Source: a virus (lineage: Duplodnaviria; Caudoviricetes). Taken from it: a stretch of DNA of 64,000 nucleotides. The stretch covers positions 304 to 64,303 of the IMG/VR virus record IMGVR_UViG_3300047323_000477; one strand, 5' to 3'. Under the pieces are notes generated by a model. The model did no database searches. It saw only the letters and a program-made list of their open reading frames with translations, and was not told the DNA's origin. A program made the position numbers and the translations under genes. Shown one piece after another: positions 36,935-46,817 of the stretch. How positions within the stretch are numbered: the stretch's first letter is position 1; the number at the start of each line of letters is the position of its first letter.

Positions 36935-37594
36935 CTACTTCACCGGCTTCCAGATTCCGCAGTCCCGAGTCGTGAACTGCCCATCCGACGCACGGATTGT
37001 CACCGTGATCTGCTGCGCCGACGTCGCGAAGCTGTTGTCGATGATGTCCCCACCCCTGGAAGTCCGCTCCCAGTAGCAGTCCGCCAGGTCACCCTTCGCC
37101 CGGTACGTGCCCGGCCCGATCGCATCGTCGGCCGTCCCCGGCTTCGCCTTCACCTTGTACGTGCCATCCGAGTACGACCGGGACGCCTTCCCGTCCAACG
37201 CCTTCTCCACCGTCGTCATCAACTCCGGGCACAGCTTCGGCACCCCCATCCGCAGCACCGCAGCCTCGTCCTCGGTCGGCTTCCGCATCATCAGCCACTC
37301 AGCCGGATCGTCATCCACATCCTTGCGCTCCGGCAGCGCTTTGCAGATGTCCGCCACATAGTCGGACGCCGACTCACCAGGCATCCACCCCTTCGCGGTC
37401 GCCTCCTGGTCGATCTCGTCCTCCCAAGTCGGCGGCTCCTCCACCGTCAGAGAAGGCGCCGGTGCGGCCTCCGATACCGACGGACTCGAGGCCGCAGGCT
37501 TCGCATCATCACCGCCATCGCTTCCGCACCCCGACACCAGCGCCAGCGCGACGAATCCCGCCGCAACAGCCCCCACCCCACCCATATGCCTCAT
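36935..37594 (-). CDS. Lipoprotein
   Basis: Lipobox LVSG-C; C-terminal GTY...PGTYR...CYWER domain. Confidence 0.85.
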   Translation of the reverse strand: MRHMGGVGAVAAGFVALALVSGCGSDGGDDAKPAASSPSVSEAAPAPSLTVEEPPTWEDEIDQEATAKGWMPGESASDYVADICKALPERKDVDDDPAEWLMMRKPTEDEAAVLRMGVPKLCPELMTTVEKALDGKASRSYSDGTYKVKAKPGTADDAIGPGTYRAKGDLADCYWERTSRGGDIIDNSFATSAQQITVTIRASDGQFTTRDCGIWKPVK

Positions 37595-37707
37595 GCCGCG
37601 CAGGATCCCACCAGGACCGGGCAGGGGGAAGAAAGACCGGCACATCGGGGATCATCGGTTACAGGCGCGGGGCCTGACGACAACACAGAGCGGGAGCCCC
37701 GACCGCC

Positions 37708-38193
37708 ATGCCAGCCTCCAGAGCAAAGCAAGCCGAGACCGCAGGCCGCCGCGCCGACCTCATCCGACTGCGCCGCAGCGGCGTCCGATTCGATGACCCG
37801 CTCATCCTCGCCCTCGGGTACAGCAGCTCCGGCGCAGCGCGGAAGGACCTCATCCGCGCCCTCGAGCAGAACCGTGACGAGGAAGCTGCCGAGGTCTCCG
37901 TCTACCGGCAGCAGGAGAACGAGCGGTACGACGTCATGCTCCGCGCCATCTGGGCAGAGGTCGAAGCCGGTGACCTCCGGTCCATCGAGACGGCCCTGAA
38001 GATCTCCGACCGGCGTTCCAAGCTGAACGGGTGGGACGCCCCCGTGCGCACCGAACTGTCCGGCCCCGACGGAGGCGCCGTCCCTCTCGGCAGCGGGTCG
38101 CTGACCGAGCTGAACACCCTCATCAGCCTTGCGGGAGAGACCAGTACCGACGAGCAGGGCAGCCAGGGGCCCACGCGTGACCACGACGGATGA
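37708..38193 (+). CDS. Terminase small subunit
   Basis: HTH N-terminus; RRSKLNGWDAPVRTELSGPDGG; directly upstream of TerL. Confidence 0.8.
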   Translation: MPASRAKQAETAGRRADLIRLRRSGVRFDDPLILALGYSSSGAARKDLIRALEQNRDEEAAEVSVYRQQENERYDVMLRAIWAEVEAGDLRSIETALKISDRRSKLNGWDAPVRTELSGPDGGAVPLGSGSLTELNTLISLAGETSTDEQGSQGPTRDHDG

Positions 38194-39739
38194 CCTCCTC
38201 GAGGACACCCTCCTCGAGCACTACCGGACCCTTCCCGTCGCCGCCCGCAAGCGCATCGCCCAGCAGGCCGGCCCCGACGTGCGCCGCCGACTGGCCTGGG
38301 TGGAACGCCAGATGGCCATGGACCTGTCCCCGGGCGCCCTTGCCGCAGTCCTCACCGAGAACCGGGAGAAGCAGGCCCCGCACCTCGACATGATTGATGA
38401 CGTGTTCCGTCGCATTGCCGCAGGCGAGCGCATGCAGGTGATGATTACCTGCCCGCCGCGGCACGGAAAAAGCCAGAGGGCGTCCCGCTGGGGTCCGCTC
38501 TGGTACCTGCGGCGCAACCCGACCGCCCGCGTCATGCTCGCCTCCTACGGTGCCGAACTCGCCGACGACCACGGCCGATGGGTCCGCGACCAGCTTCGCG
38601 AGCACTCCGACACCCTCGGCGTCCGCCTCGACCCCGGATCCCACGCCGCGAACCGGTTCGACCTCGAAGCACCGCGCGGGTCGTCCGTGCGCGGCGGCAT
38701 GGTCACCGCCGGCGTCGGAGGCTCGCTTACTGGCAAAGGATTTTCGCTCGGTGTGATCGATGATCCTTTTAAAGGCTCCGACGACGCGAACAGCCCAGCC
38801 CAACGCCAACGCGTCTGGGACTGGTACCGGTCCGTCTTCTACACGCGTCGTGCCCCCGGCGCCTCCATCGTCTTGATCAACACCAGGTGGCATGAGCTCG
38901 ACCTGTCCGGACAGATCCTCGCCACCGAACCCGAGAACTGGACCCTCATCGACCTGCCGGCCCTCGCCCTGTCCGCCACCGACCCCCTCGGACGCGAACC
39001 CGGCGAAGCCCTGTGGCCCGCCCAGTACGATGCCGAAGAACTCCACCGCACCAAGAAGGCCGTCGGCGAACGAGTCTGGTGGGCGCTCTACCAACAGCAG
39101 CCCCGCCCCCTCGAAGGCGGCGTGTGGAAGTGGCCCTGGATCACCGAGAACCGCATCGACCCGATCGCGTTCCGGGCCGTCGACCTCTCCCGCGTCGTCG
39201 TCGCCCTCGACCCCGCCGGAGGCGACACCCCAGGACACGACGAATCCGGAATCGTTGCCGCAGGCCGCTCCACCGACGGCCACTACTACGTCCTCGCCGA
39301 CCGCACCGGCAACCACTCCGCCGACGCCCGAGGGCGCGAGACGTGCATCCTCGCCCTTGACCTGCAGGCGGACGCCATCGTCGTGGAGACGAACTACGGC
39401 GGCGACATGGCACGCCAGAACGTCGTCCAGGCATGGGCCGAGCTCGAGCGGCAAGGCCGAACCAAGGGCCAGCCGATGCCCAGGATCGTCGAAGTGACCG
39501 CGAAGAAGGGGAAGCGGCTGCGCGCCGAGCCCATCGCCCAGCTGTACGAAACCGGGCTCGTCCACCACACTGCAGAGTTCCCCGCACTGGAGACACAGAT
39601 GGTCACCTGGGTGCCTGGCCTCGACTCACCCGACCGCATGGACGCCGCCGTCCACGCCCTCACCGAGCTCGCCAACCCTGCCTCCGCGTCCGTGGGTAGC
39701 TCCTCGTACGCCGACCAGAGGCTAACGGGCCGCCGTTGA
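38177..39739 (+). CDS. Terminase large subunit
   Basis: PPRHGKS Walker A; IDDP Walker B; TRWH; ALYQQQP; DPA...DES nuclease; SPDRMDA. Confidence 0.96.
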   Translation: MTTTDDLLEDTLLEHYRTLPVAARKRIAQQAGPDVRRRLAWVERQMAMDLSPGALAAVLTENREKQAPHLDMIDDVFRRIAAGERMQVMITCPPRHGKSQRASRWGPLWYLRRNPTARVMLASYGAELADDHGRWVRDQLREHSDTLGVRLDPGSHAANRFDLEAPRGSSVRGGMVTAGVGGSLTGKGFSLGVIDDPFKGSDDANSPAQRQRVWDWYRSVFYTRRAPGASIVLINTRWHELDLSGQILATEPENWTLIDLPALALSATDPLGREPGEALWPAQYDAEELHRTKKAVGERVWWALYQQQPRPLEGGVWKWPWITENRIDPIAFRAVDLSRVVVALDPAGGDTPGHDESGIVAAGRSTDGHYYVLADRTGNHSADARGRETCILALDLQADAIVVETNYGGDMARQNVVQAWAELERQGRTKGQPMPRIVEVTAKKGKRLRAEPIAQLYETGLVHHTAEFPALETQMVTWVPGLDSPDRMDAAVHALTELANPASASVGSSSYADQRLTGRR

Positions 39740-39812
39740 CCGGGGGCAACACCCAGGCCCCGCGCCCGTACGCTGATCACATGGCGCGGGGCCTGGTGCA
39801 GAGGGGTTTCTG

Positions 39813-41678
39813 GTGGGTCTCAGGCAGATCGCCATCCACGCATGGAGCTGGCTGAACTACAAGCCTGTCTACAGCGACGCGATGGGCATGCCCAACCGTC
39901 GTGCGTTCCCCGAAGCGCAGGCCATGTGGGTGCCGGCCGAGGACGAACGGCGCCTCGCCGCGTACAAGCTGCTGTCCGCCTACGACCACAACCAGGCCGC
40001 GGAGATCGCCGAGGTCGTCGACGGCCCGAACGCCCGCGACCGGCGCGAGTTCGGGGACCCGTCGATGTTCATCGACACCCTCGTATCGAACGTGCTGGGC
40101 CGCGAGCAGAAGATCGTGGTCCCCGGTGCGGAGCAGACCGGAACGGTACAGAACGGGACTGTGTCAGCCGCAGCTGCGGAACGCGTCCAGGAACTCCTGC
40201 GCGACTGGGCCAAGGCCGAACTGCTGCCCATGCGTCTGCAGCAGTGCGAGCGGAAGACCGTTGCACTCGGGGACGGCGTGTACCGCATGGCGTGGGATCC
40301 GGCGAAGCGCCGCCCGACCCTGCGCGTCACCGACCCCGGGTTCTACTTCCCCGTCATCGGGGAGGACGACGACGGTGGGGAGTACCCGCGCCGTGTTCAC
40401 TTCGCCTGGGAACTTCCCGCGGATCCCAAGCGGGACCTCAAGGCCCGGTTGCGGCGCATCACGTACGAGCTGGACTGGATTCGGCCGCTGACCGTGACCG
40501 GGGTCGACGAGACCGGTACCCGTGCGGTCCGCGCCTTTCCTCCCGCCCCCGTGGTGGAGGGCGAAGACGGGACGGAGCCCGCAGCGCCCGTGCTGACGGC
40601 CGGCGACACCATCGAACCCGTCACCGGGGCCATCGCCCGCCAGTACGCGTGGAACGACGAACCCTCCTACTTCACCTGCTACCTCACCGACGCCACCTGG
40701 GTCATCGGCGACCTCAAAGGCCCTGTCGACGTCGACTCCCTGCCCCTCGCCAGTGCCACCTATGCCACCCGGTCGGACGGTGAGGTCCTCGACCACCTCG
40801 ACCTCCTCATCGACTTCATCCCGGTCATCCACGTCCCGAACACGGTGCCGCCGGCAGAGGAGCACTGGGGGCAGTCCAGCCTCGCGAAGGCCCTGCAGGT
40901 CTTCGACGAGCTCGCCGGGTCAGACACCGACTCCGCCCGCGCGTCCGCAACCACCGGACTGCCCATGCTCGCCGTGTCCGGTGTCACCGACTCCCGGCAG
41001 GAGCTGGCCGCCGGACCGGGCATGGTCTTCAAGCTCGGCGAGACCGGCCGCCTGACCGCCGTCGACACTTCCACGGCCCTGGCAGAACTCCGCAACCATG
41101 TTGCCGACCTGAAGGACCGGGCCTCCAACATCGTGCGGCTGCCCGCCGTATCCCTGGGCACTCTCAGCCCGTCCGAGGTGCCGTCCGGGTTCGCCATGCA
41201 GGTCTCCCTGGGCCCCCTCGACTCCCTCATCGGCAGCATGCGCCTGGCCCGCGAACACAAGGAACGACTCCTCCTGAAGTTCGTCCAGCGTCTCTACCTG
41301 GCAGGCCAGCACGACGACTGGGCCGGGATCACCCCGCAGGACGCCGAACTCGTCCGTGGCCCGTACACCCCCACCGACAAGGCCGCCGTTTTGGAGCAGG
41401 TCGCCAACGGTGTCCCCAAGGGCGTCATCTCCCTCGAGACCGGGGTGCGGATGCTCGCCGACGCCGGGTTCCCCATCGACGACATCGAGCAGGAGATCGA
41501 ACTCATCCAGTCCCGGGCGTTCGAGCAGGCCCGGTTCCTTGCCGACGCCCTCGGCAACCCCGACGAAGTCGCTTCCTTCCTCGGCCGTCAGGCCCCGGAA
41601 AACCCGGAGCCTCCCGTGCCGAACCTGCCGCCTGCCGCGGCCGACGACACTGTTCAGAACCTCCTGGAACAGGGGTAG
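39813..41678 (+). CDS. Portal protein
   Basis: Position after TerL; LGDGVY, IPVIHVPN, WGQS and SGFAM motifs; 621 aa. Confidence 0.85.
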   Translation: MGLRQIAIHAWSWLNYKPVYSDAMGMPNRRAFPEAQAMWVPAEDERRLAAYKLLSAYDHNQAAEIAEVVDGPNARDRREFGDPSMFIDTLVSNVLGREQKIVVPGAEQTGTVQNGTVSAAAAERVQELLRDWAKAELLPMRLQQCERKTVALGDGVYRMAWDPAKRRPTLRVTDPGFYFPVIGEDDDGGEYPRRVHFAWELPADPKRDLKARLRRITYELDWIRPLTVTGVDETGTRAVRAFPPAPVVEGEDGTEPAAPVLTAGDTIEPVTGAIARQYAWNDEPSYFTCYLTDATWVIGDLKGPVDVDSLPLASATYATRSDGEVLDHLDLLIDFIPVIHVPNTVPPAEEHWGQSSLAKALQVFDELAGSDTDSARASATTGLPMLAVSGVTDSRQELAAGPGMVFKLGETGRLTAVDTSTALAELRNHVADLKDRASNIVRLPAVSLGTLSPSEVPSGFAMQVSLGPLDSLIGSMRLAREHKERLLLKFVQRLYLAGQHDDWAGITPQDAELVRGPYTPTDKAAVLEQVANGVPKGVISLETGVRMLADAGFPIDDIEQEIELIQSRAFEQARFLADALGNPDEVASFLGRQAPENPEPPVPNLPPAAADDTVQNLLEQG

Positions 41679-41767
41679 CAGGGGAGCAGGGGGAACGAAT
41701 GACCCGAGCCGTGCTTTCCTTGATCTCAGGCGCGGGGCCTGGAACAAGTTCGGGAGGACTTGCGCTT

Positions 41768-42520
41768 ATGCGTCGCCCCACGCAGCACCACACCACCCCC
41801 GCCAGCACGGTGTGGGCGCACCCCTACACAGGTGTCGCCAGCCTCGGCGTGTTCTACAACGACGGTGGTGCCGGAGACGCCAGCGACTCAGCCAGTACGG
41901 ATGGCCAGGCTCCGAAGCCCGCCCCGCCCGCGCAGCGCACCTTCACGCAGGCCGAAGTCGAAGCGCTCGCCGCGAAGGAAAAGGCCCAGGGGAAGCGCAG
42001 CGCCGCCAAGGAGTTCGCGGAGCAGCACGGGTTCACCACCATCGAGGACGCCGCGACTTTCATCGCCGCCGCCCGCAAGGCACAGGAAGACGCACTCTCC
42101 GAGCAGGAGAAGCAGGCCCGCCAGGTCGCAGAGGAACGCAAGACACTCGAAGCCGACCGGGCCGCCCTGGCCGCGGAACGTCGAACCGTAAGCCTCGAGC
42201 AGGCCCTGACCCGGCTCGGCGCCATCGACACCGACGACGCACCGAACCTGCAGGACGCCATGGCGCTCCTGGAGCGCGAGCTCCGCACCACCCCGGACGC
42301 CGACACCGACGCCATCACGGCAGCAGCCGAGCGGATCAAGACGAGGCGGCCGGCGTTCTTCGGAGCCACCCAGCCCGCTGACTCCGCCGTCACGCAGCTC
42401 CCCCCGGCTCCCGGCGGTGCACCCGCAGGCGGCCCCCCGGCACGACAGGCACCCACCGGCAAGCCCGGCGACCGAGGCCGCGAAATGGCCCGCCTCCGCG
42501 GCCACAAGCCCGCCGCCTGA
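41768..42520 (+). CDS. Capsid scaffolding protein
   Basis: RTFTQAEVEAL motif; coiled coil; position. Confidence 0.82.
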   Translation: MRRPTQHHTTPASTVWAHPYTGVASLGVFYNDGGAGDASDSASTDGQAPKPAPPAQRTFTQAEVEALAAKEKAQGKRSAAKEFAEQHGFTTIEDAATFIAAARKAQEDALSEQEKQARQVAEERKTLEADRAALAAERRTVSLEQALTRLGAIDTDDAPNLQDAMALLERELRTTPDADTDAITAAAERIKTRRPAFFGATQPADSAVTQLPPAPGGAPAGGPPARQAPTGKPGDRGREMARLRGHKPAA

Positions 42521-42628
42521 ACCACAGACTTCCCGGCCACGGCCGGGGTTGGGACCACGCCCTCTCCTCGTGGACGCACACCCCCAGGGGTGCAGCTGTC
42601 ACCGCCGTTTTCATGAGGAGAGGCAGTC

Positions 42629-43381
42629 GTGAACGACTTCCAGCCCTACTCCTACACGGACAGCGTCACCGCCGACCGGCCGTGGCTCGCGTCCCTGGTA
42701 GGAGTCCAGGACACCAACACCATCACCCTCGACCTGAGCAAGTTCGTCGCGGGCACCCACTACGTCGTCTCGGCGAACCCGCTGCTTCAGGGCCGCACGG
42801 TCATGAAGTCCGGCATCCCGCTCGGCAAGGTCGCCGCCTCTGGGCTGTACGCCCCTTACGGTGGCACGACCAGCGAGCTGCAGACCGTCACCGTCACCGG
42901 CACCCCGACGGGCGGCACGTACACGCTGACGTTCTCCGGGCAGACCACCGCAGGCATCCCGTTCAACGCCACCGCGGCACAGGTGAAGACGGCCCTCGAG
43001 GCCCTGTCGAACATCAACCCCGGTGACGTCGTCGTCGCAGGCGGCCCGCACCCGGGCACCGCAGTGACCGTGACGTTCTCCGGGCAGTACGCCGGCGACA
43101 ACGTCGCCCAGATGACCGCCTCCGGGGCCGGCCTCACCGGCGGAACCACCCCCGCCGTTGCCGTCGCCACCACCACCGCGGGCGGCACCGACCTGGCCAC
43201 CGACGGCACGCAGATCTTCGCAGGCTTCCTCGTCTCCGAGATCAGCTTCAACCCTGGCTCGACCAAGGCGGCCGGAGCCCTGCTGTGGCGCGGCGAAGTG
43301 TTCGCCTCCAAGCTCCCCGTTTCCTTCGACCCGGCCAACGTCACCGCGACGGCGCCCGGCGTCAGCGTCCACTACCGGTAA
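42629..43381 (+). CDS. Head decoration protein with inserted beta domain
   Basis: KSGIPLGK...GLYAPY and GFL...ALLWRG motifs; position before the capsid gene. Confidence 0.8.
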   Translation: MNDFQPYSYTDSVTADRPWLASLVGVQDTNTITLDLSKFVAGTHYVVSANPLLQGRTVMKSGIPLGKVAASGLYAPYGGTTSELQTVTVTGTPTGGTYTLTFSGQTTAGIPFNATAAQVKTALEALSNINPGDVVVAGGPHPGTAVTVTFSGQYAGDNVAQMTASGAGLTGGTTPAVAVATTTAGGTDLATDGTQIFAGFLVSEISFNPGSTKAAGALLWRGEVFASKLPVSFDPANVTATAPGVSVHYR

Positions 43382-43396
43382 GAGGAGGAGAACACC

Positions 43397-44449
43397 ATGG
43401 AGGCTCTTGAGCTCCTCCTGCGGGACACCAACGACACCGACATGACGGTGTTTGCCCGTTCGATGGACACCCCCGCGAACTACCGGCTCACCCAGGAAGT
43501 TCTGCCCGAGAAGCAGATCCAGGGAGTCCGGTTCCGCACCACGTCCGCGAAGCGACGCGTCAACGCCGCGAAGTTCCGCGCCTACGACGCCCCCACTGCC
43601 ATGGCGAAGCGCCAGGCCGAGCGCGTCGTGAACGAGGGCATGCTGCCCGCCCTGGGCCAGACCCTCCCCGTCTCCGAGATGGACCAGATCCTTCTCGACG
43701 TCGGCCACGGCCTGGACACCCAGCAGTACATCGACCTGCTGTACTCGGACGTCGAGCGGCATGTCGAGTCCATCAAGACCGCCCAGGAACTCGCCGCCGG
43801 CCAGCTCCTGGCCACCGGTTCGGTCAACCTTCCGGGCCTCGGCCTCGACGTCGACTGGAACGTTCCGGCGGCGAACATGCCGACCGCAGCGATCCTGTGG
43901 GACGACCCGGACGCCACCCCGCTGTCCGACGAGCGGGCGTGGATCGACTACCTGATCGACAGTGGGGCGCCCATGCCGCGCGAGGTCATCACCTCCCGCC
44001 GTGCGCGTGCCCTCCTCGCGTCGAACGCCGAGTACCGGGCCGCGTTCTACGGGTCCTCCACGGTCGGAGGAACGCCGACGGCGACGCTGAACCCCGACGA
44101 CGTCAACACCGTGCGCGCCCGCTACGGGCTCCCACCGATCGTCACCTACGACGTCCAGGTGTGGAACGACGACGTCTACCAGCGTGTCCTCCCGGACAAC
44201 AAGTGGATCATGATTCCGGATGTTCCGGCCTCCGAGTGGGCCCAGACCCAGTACGGGGTCACCCGCGAAGCCGCGAAGTTCACCTCCGGCACCAACCCGG
44301 CGCTCACCCGCGAAGAGGCCCCCGGCATCGTCGTCGTCTCCCACGTCGACGACAACCCGGTCCAGATCTACACCCGCGGCGCAGCGATCGGCATGCCCGT
44401 CCTGTACGTCCCGGACATCCACATCTCTGCGACCGTCCTCGGGGCGTGA
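43397..44449 (+). CDS. Major capsid protein (lambda gpE-like family)
   Basis: AAKFRAYDAP...E...TG...W...P..D...PVL; RBS GAGGAG. Confidence 0.9.
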   Translation: MEALELLLRDTNDTDMTVFARSMDTPANYRLTQEVLPEKQIQGVRFRTTSAKRRVNAAKFRAYDAPTAMAKRQAERVVNEGMLPALGQTLPVSEMDQILLDVGHGLDTQQYIDLLYSDVERHVESIKTAQELAAGQLLATGSVNLPGLGLDVDWNVPAANMPTAAILWDDPDATPLSDERAWIDYLIDSGAPMPREVITSRRARALLASNAEYRAAFYGSSTVGGTPTATLNPDDVNTVRARYGLPPIVTYDVQVWNDDVYQRVLPDNKWIMIPDVPASEWAQTQYGVTREAAKFTSGTNPALTREEAPGIVVVSHVDDNPVQIYTRGAAIGMPVLYVPDIHISATVLGA

Positions 44450-44454
44450 CCGCC

Positions 44455-44745
44455 ATGGCCAAGCTCAGCAAGGCCGTGTACGTCCGCGACCCGGACCGCC
44501 ACCGCACCGTCCTCCTCAAGCCGGGGGAGGAGCCGGAGCAGCGCCTCGCCGCTCTGGTCACCAACCCCGACTGCTGGGAGGACGGCAAGGTGCCGGCCGC
44601 ACAGGAAAGCGTCACCCGCAAGTCCGAGGACGTTGCCCCCGACAAGGGCGACGACACCGAGGACACCAAGCCGGCCGCCCGTAAGGCGGCCCGTAAGCCG
44701 GCCCGGGGCCGGACGACCGCCGCTGAGGGCACCGGCGGTCAGTAA
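44455..44745 (+). CDS. Small virion-associated protein
   Basis: Follows the capsid gene; VTNPDCWE motif; basic tail. Confidence 0.75.
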   Translation: MAKLSKAVYVRDPDRHRTVLLKPGEEPEQRLAALVTNPDCWEDGKVPAAQESVTRKSEDVAPDKGDDTEDTKPAARKAARKPARGRTTAAEGTGGQ

Positions 44746-44836
44746 GCGGAGTGTGGGCCCGACCCCCTGGTGGGGCGCCAGGCCGGGCCCACACCCGCCG
44801 TACCCCTTCCCACCCCACACAACTCCGGAGGACCTG

Positions 44837-45172
44837 GTGGACGCAGCCGTACGCGCCTGGCTCATCTCCCAGCTCGGCACCGACACAGACCTGCCGGACC
44901 TCGAGCAGCGGTACACCCGGCTCGGCACCGCCCGCGCGGTAGCGCTCGAGATCCTCCGCGAACGCCTGGCCGCGCTGCTCGCCGCACCCGGCACCGTGTC
45001 CGTCTCCGGTGTCGTGTCCGTGAACTTCTCCGCGAACATCGCCGCATACGAACGGCAGATCACCAACCTCGAGTCCGGGGAACCCACCGCACCGGATGAC
45101 CCCGACGTACCGGGCGAACTCGTCGGTGACGGCTTGGAGGTCGTGTACCTCGTGGAACGGCCCCGCCGATGA
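44837..45172 (+). CDS. Putative head-tail adaptor
   Basis: RBS GGAGG; size and position. Confidence 0.65.
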   Translation: MDAAVRAWLISQLGTDTDLPDLEQRYTRLGTARAVALEILRERLAALLAAPGTVSVSGVVSVNFSANIAAYERQITNLESGEPTAPDDPDVPGELVGDGLEVVYLVERPRR

Positions 45173-46005
45173 CCACCCCCACCCGGCGCCGCACCCTCCG
45201 CGCCCGCCTCATGGCGTTCATCGCCGACGCCACCAGCCGCATCACCGCCGCGTGGCGAATCCTCACCAACGCCCAGAACCGGCTCCTGGACGCCCTCGCC
45301 GTCATCCGGCCCGGCCGTAGCGCCTCGGTCCGGATCCGTGCCGCGCAGCAGGTGTTCCAGCGCAGCATCGCCGACTTCAACCGGGCCGTCGGAGCGTTCA
45401 CCGAACGGTGGGCCGCAACCGACCTGCCCCTCGCCTACCGCGAAGGCGCGTTCGGAATGCTCGACCGGGCCGACCGGCCACGACGCATGTGGTCCTGGAC
45501 CGCCCGCCACCAGAGCGCCATCACCACCCTGTCCTCCCAGTACTACGCCGACCTCATGGGCCGCCTGCAGGAAGCGGTCCGCCGCGCCCAGACGTTCCTC
45601 CGTGCCGCCGTGGACGCCGCCCGTGTGCGCACCAGCCGGTTCGAGTACGGGTCGTTCAACCGGGACACGCTGCGCGAAGAGCACCCGCTGGGCACGGTCA
45701 TCTACGCCAACGACGCCCGGCACCCCGTCGAGGCCTGGGCCAGTGCCGCCATTGCCTGGCAGGCCGTGACCACCGCCAACGCGGGCGCGGTCGCCACCGC
45801 CTACGAGCAGCTGCAGTGCACCCAGGTCAAGGTCCGCGACGGATCTGGGTGCGGGTGGCGGAATCACGGTGACGCCGACAAGGCCGACGGCACCATCCGC
45901 GACATCGACGACGCCCTTGCCCACCCCACAGCTCACGCCCGCTGTGTCAGGGAGTTCCTCCCGCACTTCGACCGCCCTGCTCTCCCCCTCGGCGGGCTTA
46001 CGTGA
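45169..46005 (+). CDS. Minor head morphogenesis protein (MuF-like C-terminus)
   Basis: VRDGSGCGW...ADG...HPTAHARCVREF motif. Confidence 0.72.
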   Translation: MTTPTRRRTLRARLMAFIADATSRITAAWRILTNAQNRLLDALAVIRPGRSASVRIRAAQQVFQRSIADFNRAVGAFTERWAATDLPLAYREGAFGMLDRADRPRRMWSWTARHQSAITTLSSQYYADLMGRLQEAVRRAQTFLRAAVDAARVRTSRFEYGSFNRDTLREEHPLGTVIYANDARHPVEAWASAAIAWQAVTTANAGAVATAYEQLQCTQVKVRDGSGCGWRNHGDADKADGTIRDIDDALAHPTAHARCVREFLPHFDRPALPLGGLT

Positions 46006-46817
46006 CCGTAATCGACTACGACCTCGCGTGCGGGTTCAGGAAGTCAGGATGCCTTGTGGAGATAGCGACGCTGGGAGGACGAGGGGTAACCGTCACGCCG
46101 AATCATTCGATTATGGCGAGGCGCGGTGGGATTGCTTCGAGCGAAATCCACGAAGGCGACGATGTAGTCGTCCGCGCCACGGAATCCGCTGCCGTATCTA
46201 CTGCAACGGACTTCGATCAGGTGCCAGCCCTGATTGAGGATGTATTCGCGGCGCTTGGGGAGGTTATTCCGAGCTTGCGTTCCGTATCCTCCGCCCAGGA
46301 CTTCCACGGCGACGGAGCCTTGCTCAATGGCAAGGTCGATGTTGTAGGGACCGACGGCCAGCTGGGGCGTCAAGACGAGGCCTTGGGCCGTCAACAAGGA
46401 TCCAAGCTCAGCCTCAAGGTGACTGGCCGAAGCAACGCGGGCTTGCCTCTCAAGGGCGCGCCGGGCGAGCAGGTCGTCCGACTCAACCTGTCCACGTCTG
46501 GCGGCGTGAGCGGCTTCGACGTGTGCCGGGTAGCTGGTTCCCTTCCTGATAGTGATCCCGCGCTCCTGGAGACGACTGCGCAAGGTGTTGTCGCAGATTC
46601 CGAATTCTTGCGAGAGGCTCCGTGCCGACTCCCCGTCAATGTATCGACGGACGATATCTTCAAGGTTCGGTATTTCCACTCGGCGACGGGACACGTGTAT
46701 GACCTTTCGACGTCAGAGGGGGCCTATTTCGCTAATGGAATTCTAGTGCATAATTGCGTGCGAGAGTTCCTCCCTGCCCCCGAACGCCAGGACCAGAATG
46801 TGGGAGTGAATTCATGA
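46002..46817 (+). other. Orphan, N-terminally truncated intein (Hint) ORF followed by a duplicated C-extein
   Basis: Block B VTVTPNH; block F HVYDLST; block G NGILVHN-C; then CVREFLP, as in the upstream gene; no block A. Confidence 0.85.
46044..46694 (-). CDS. HTH plus DUF559/Vsr-like endonuclease encoded antisense inside the intein
   Basis: IVRRYIDGESARSLSQEFGICDNTLRSRL HTH; SHLE...Q..VGPYNIDLA...VAVEV.G...YILNQGW; RBS GAAAGG before GTG. Confidence 0.85.
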   Translation of the reverse strand: MSRRRVEIPNLEDIVRRYIDGESARSLSQEFGICDNTLRSRLQERGITIRKGTSYPAHVEAAHAARRGQVESDDLLARRALERQARVASASHLEAELGSLLTAQGLVLTPQLAVGPYNIDLAIEQGSVAVEVLGGGYGTQARNNLPKRREYILNQGWHLIEVRCSRYGSGFRGADDYIVAFVDFARSNPTAPRHNRMIRRDGYPSSSQRRYLHKAS

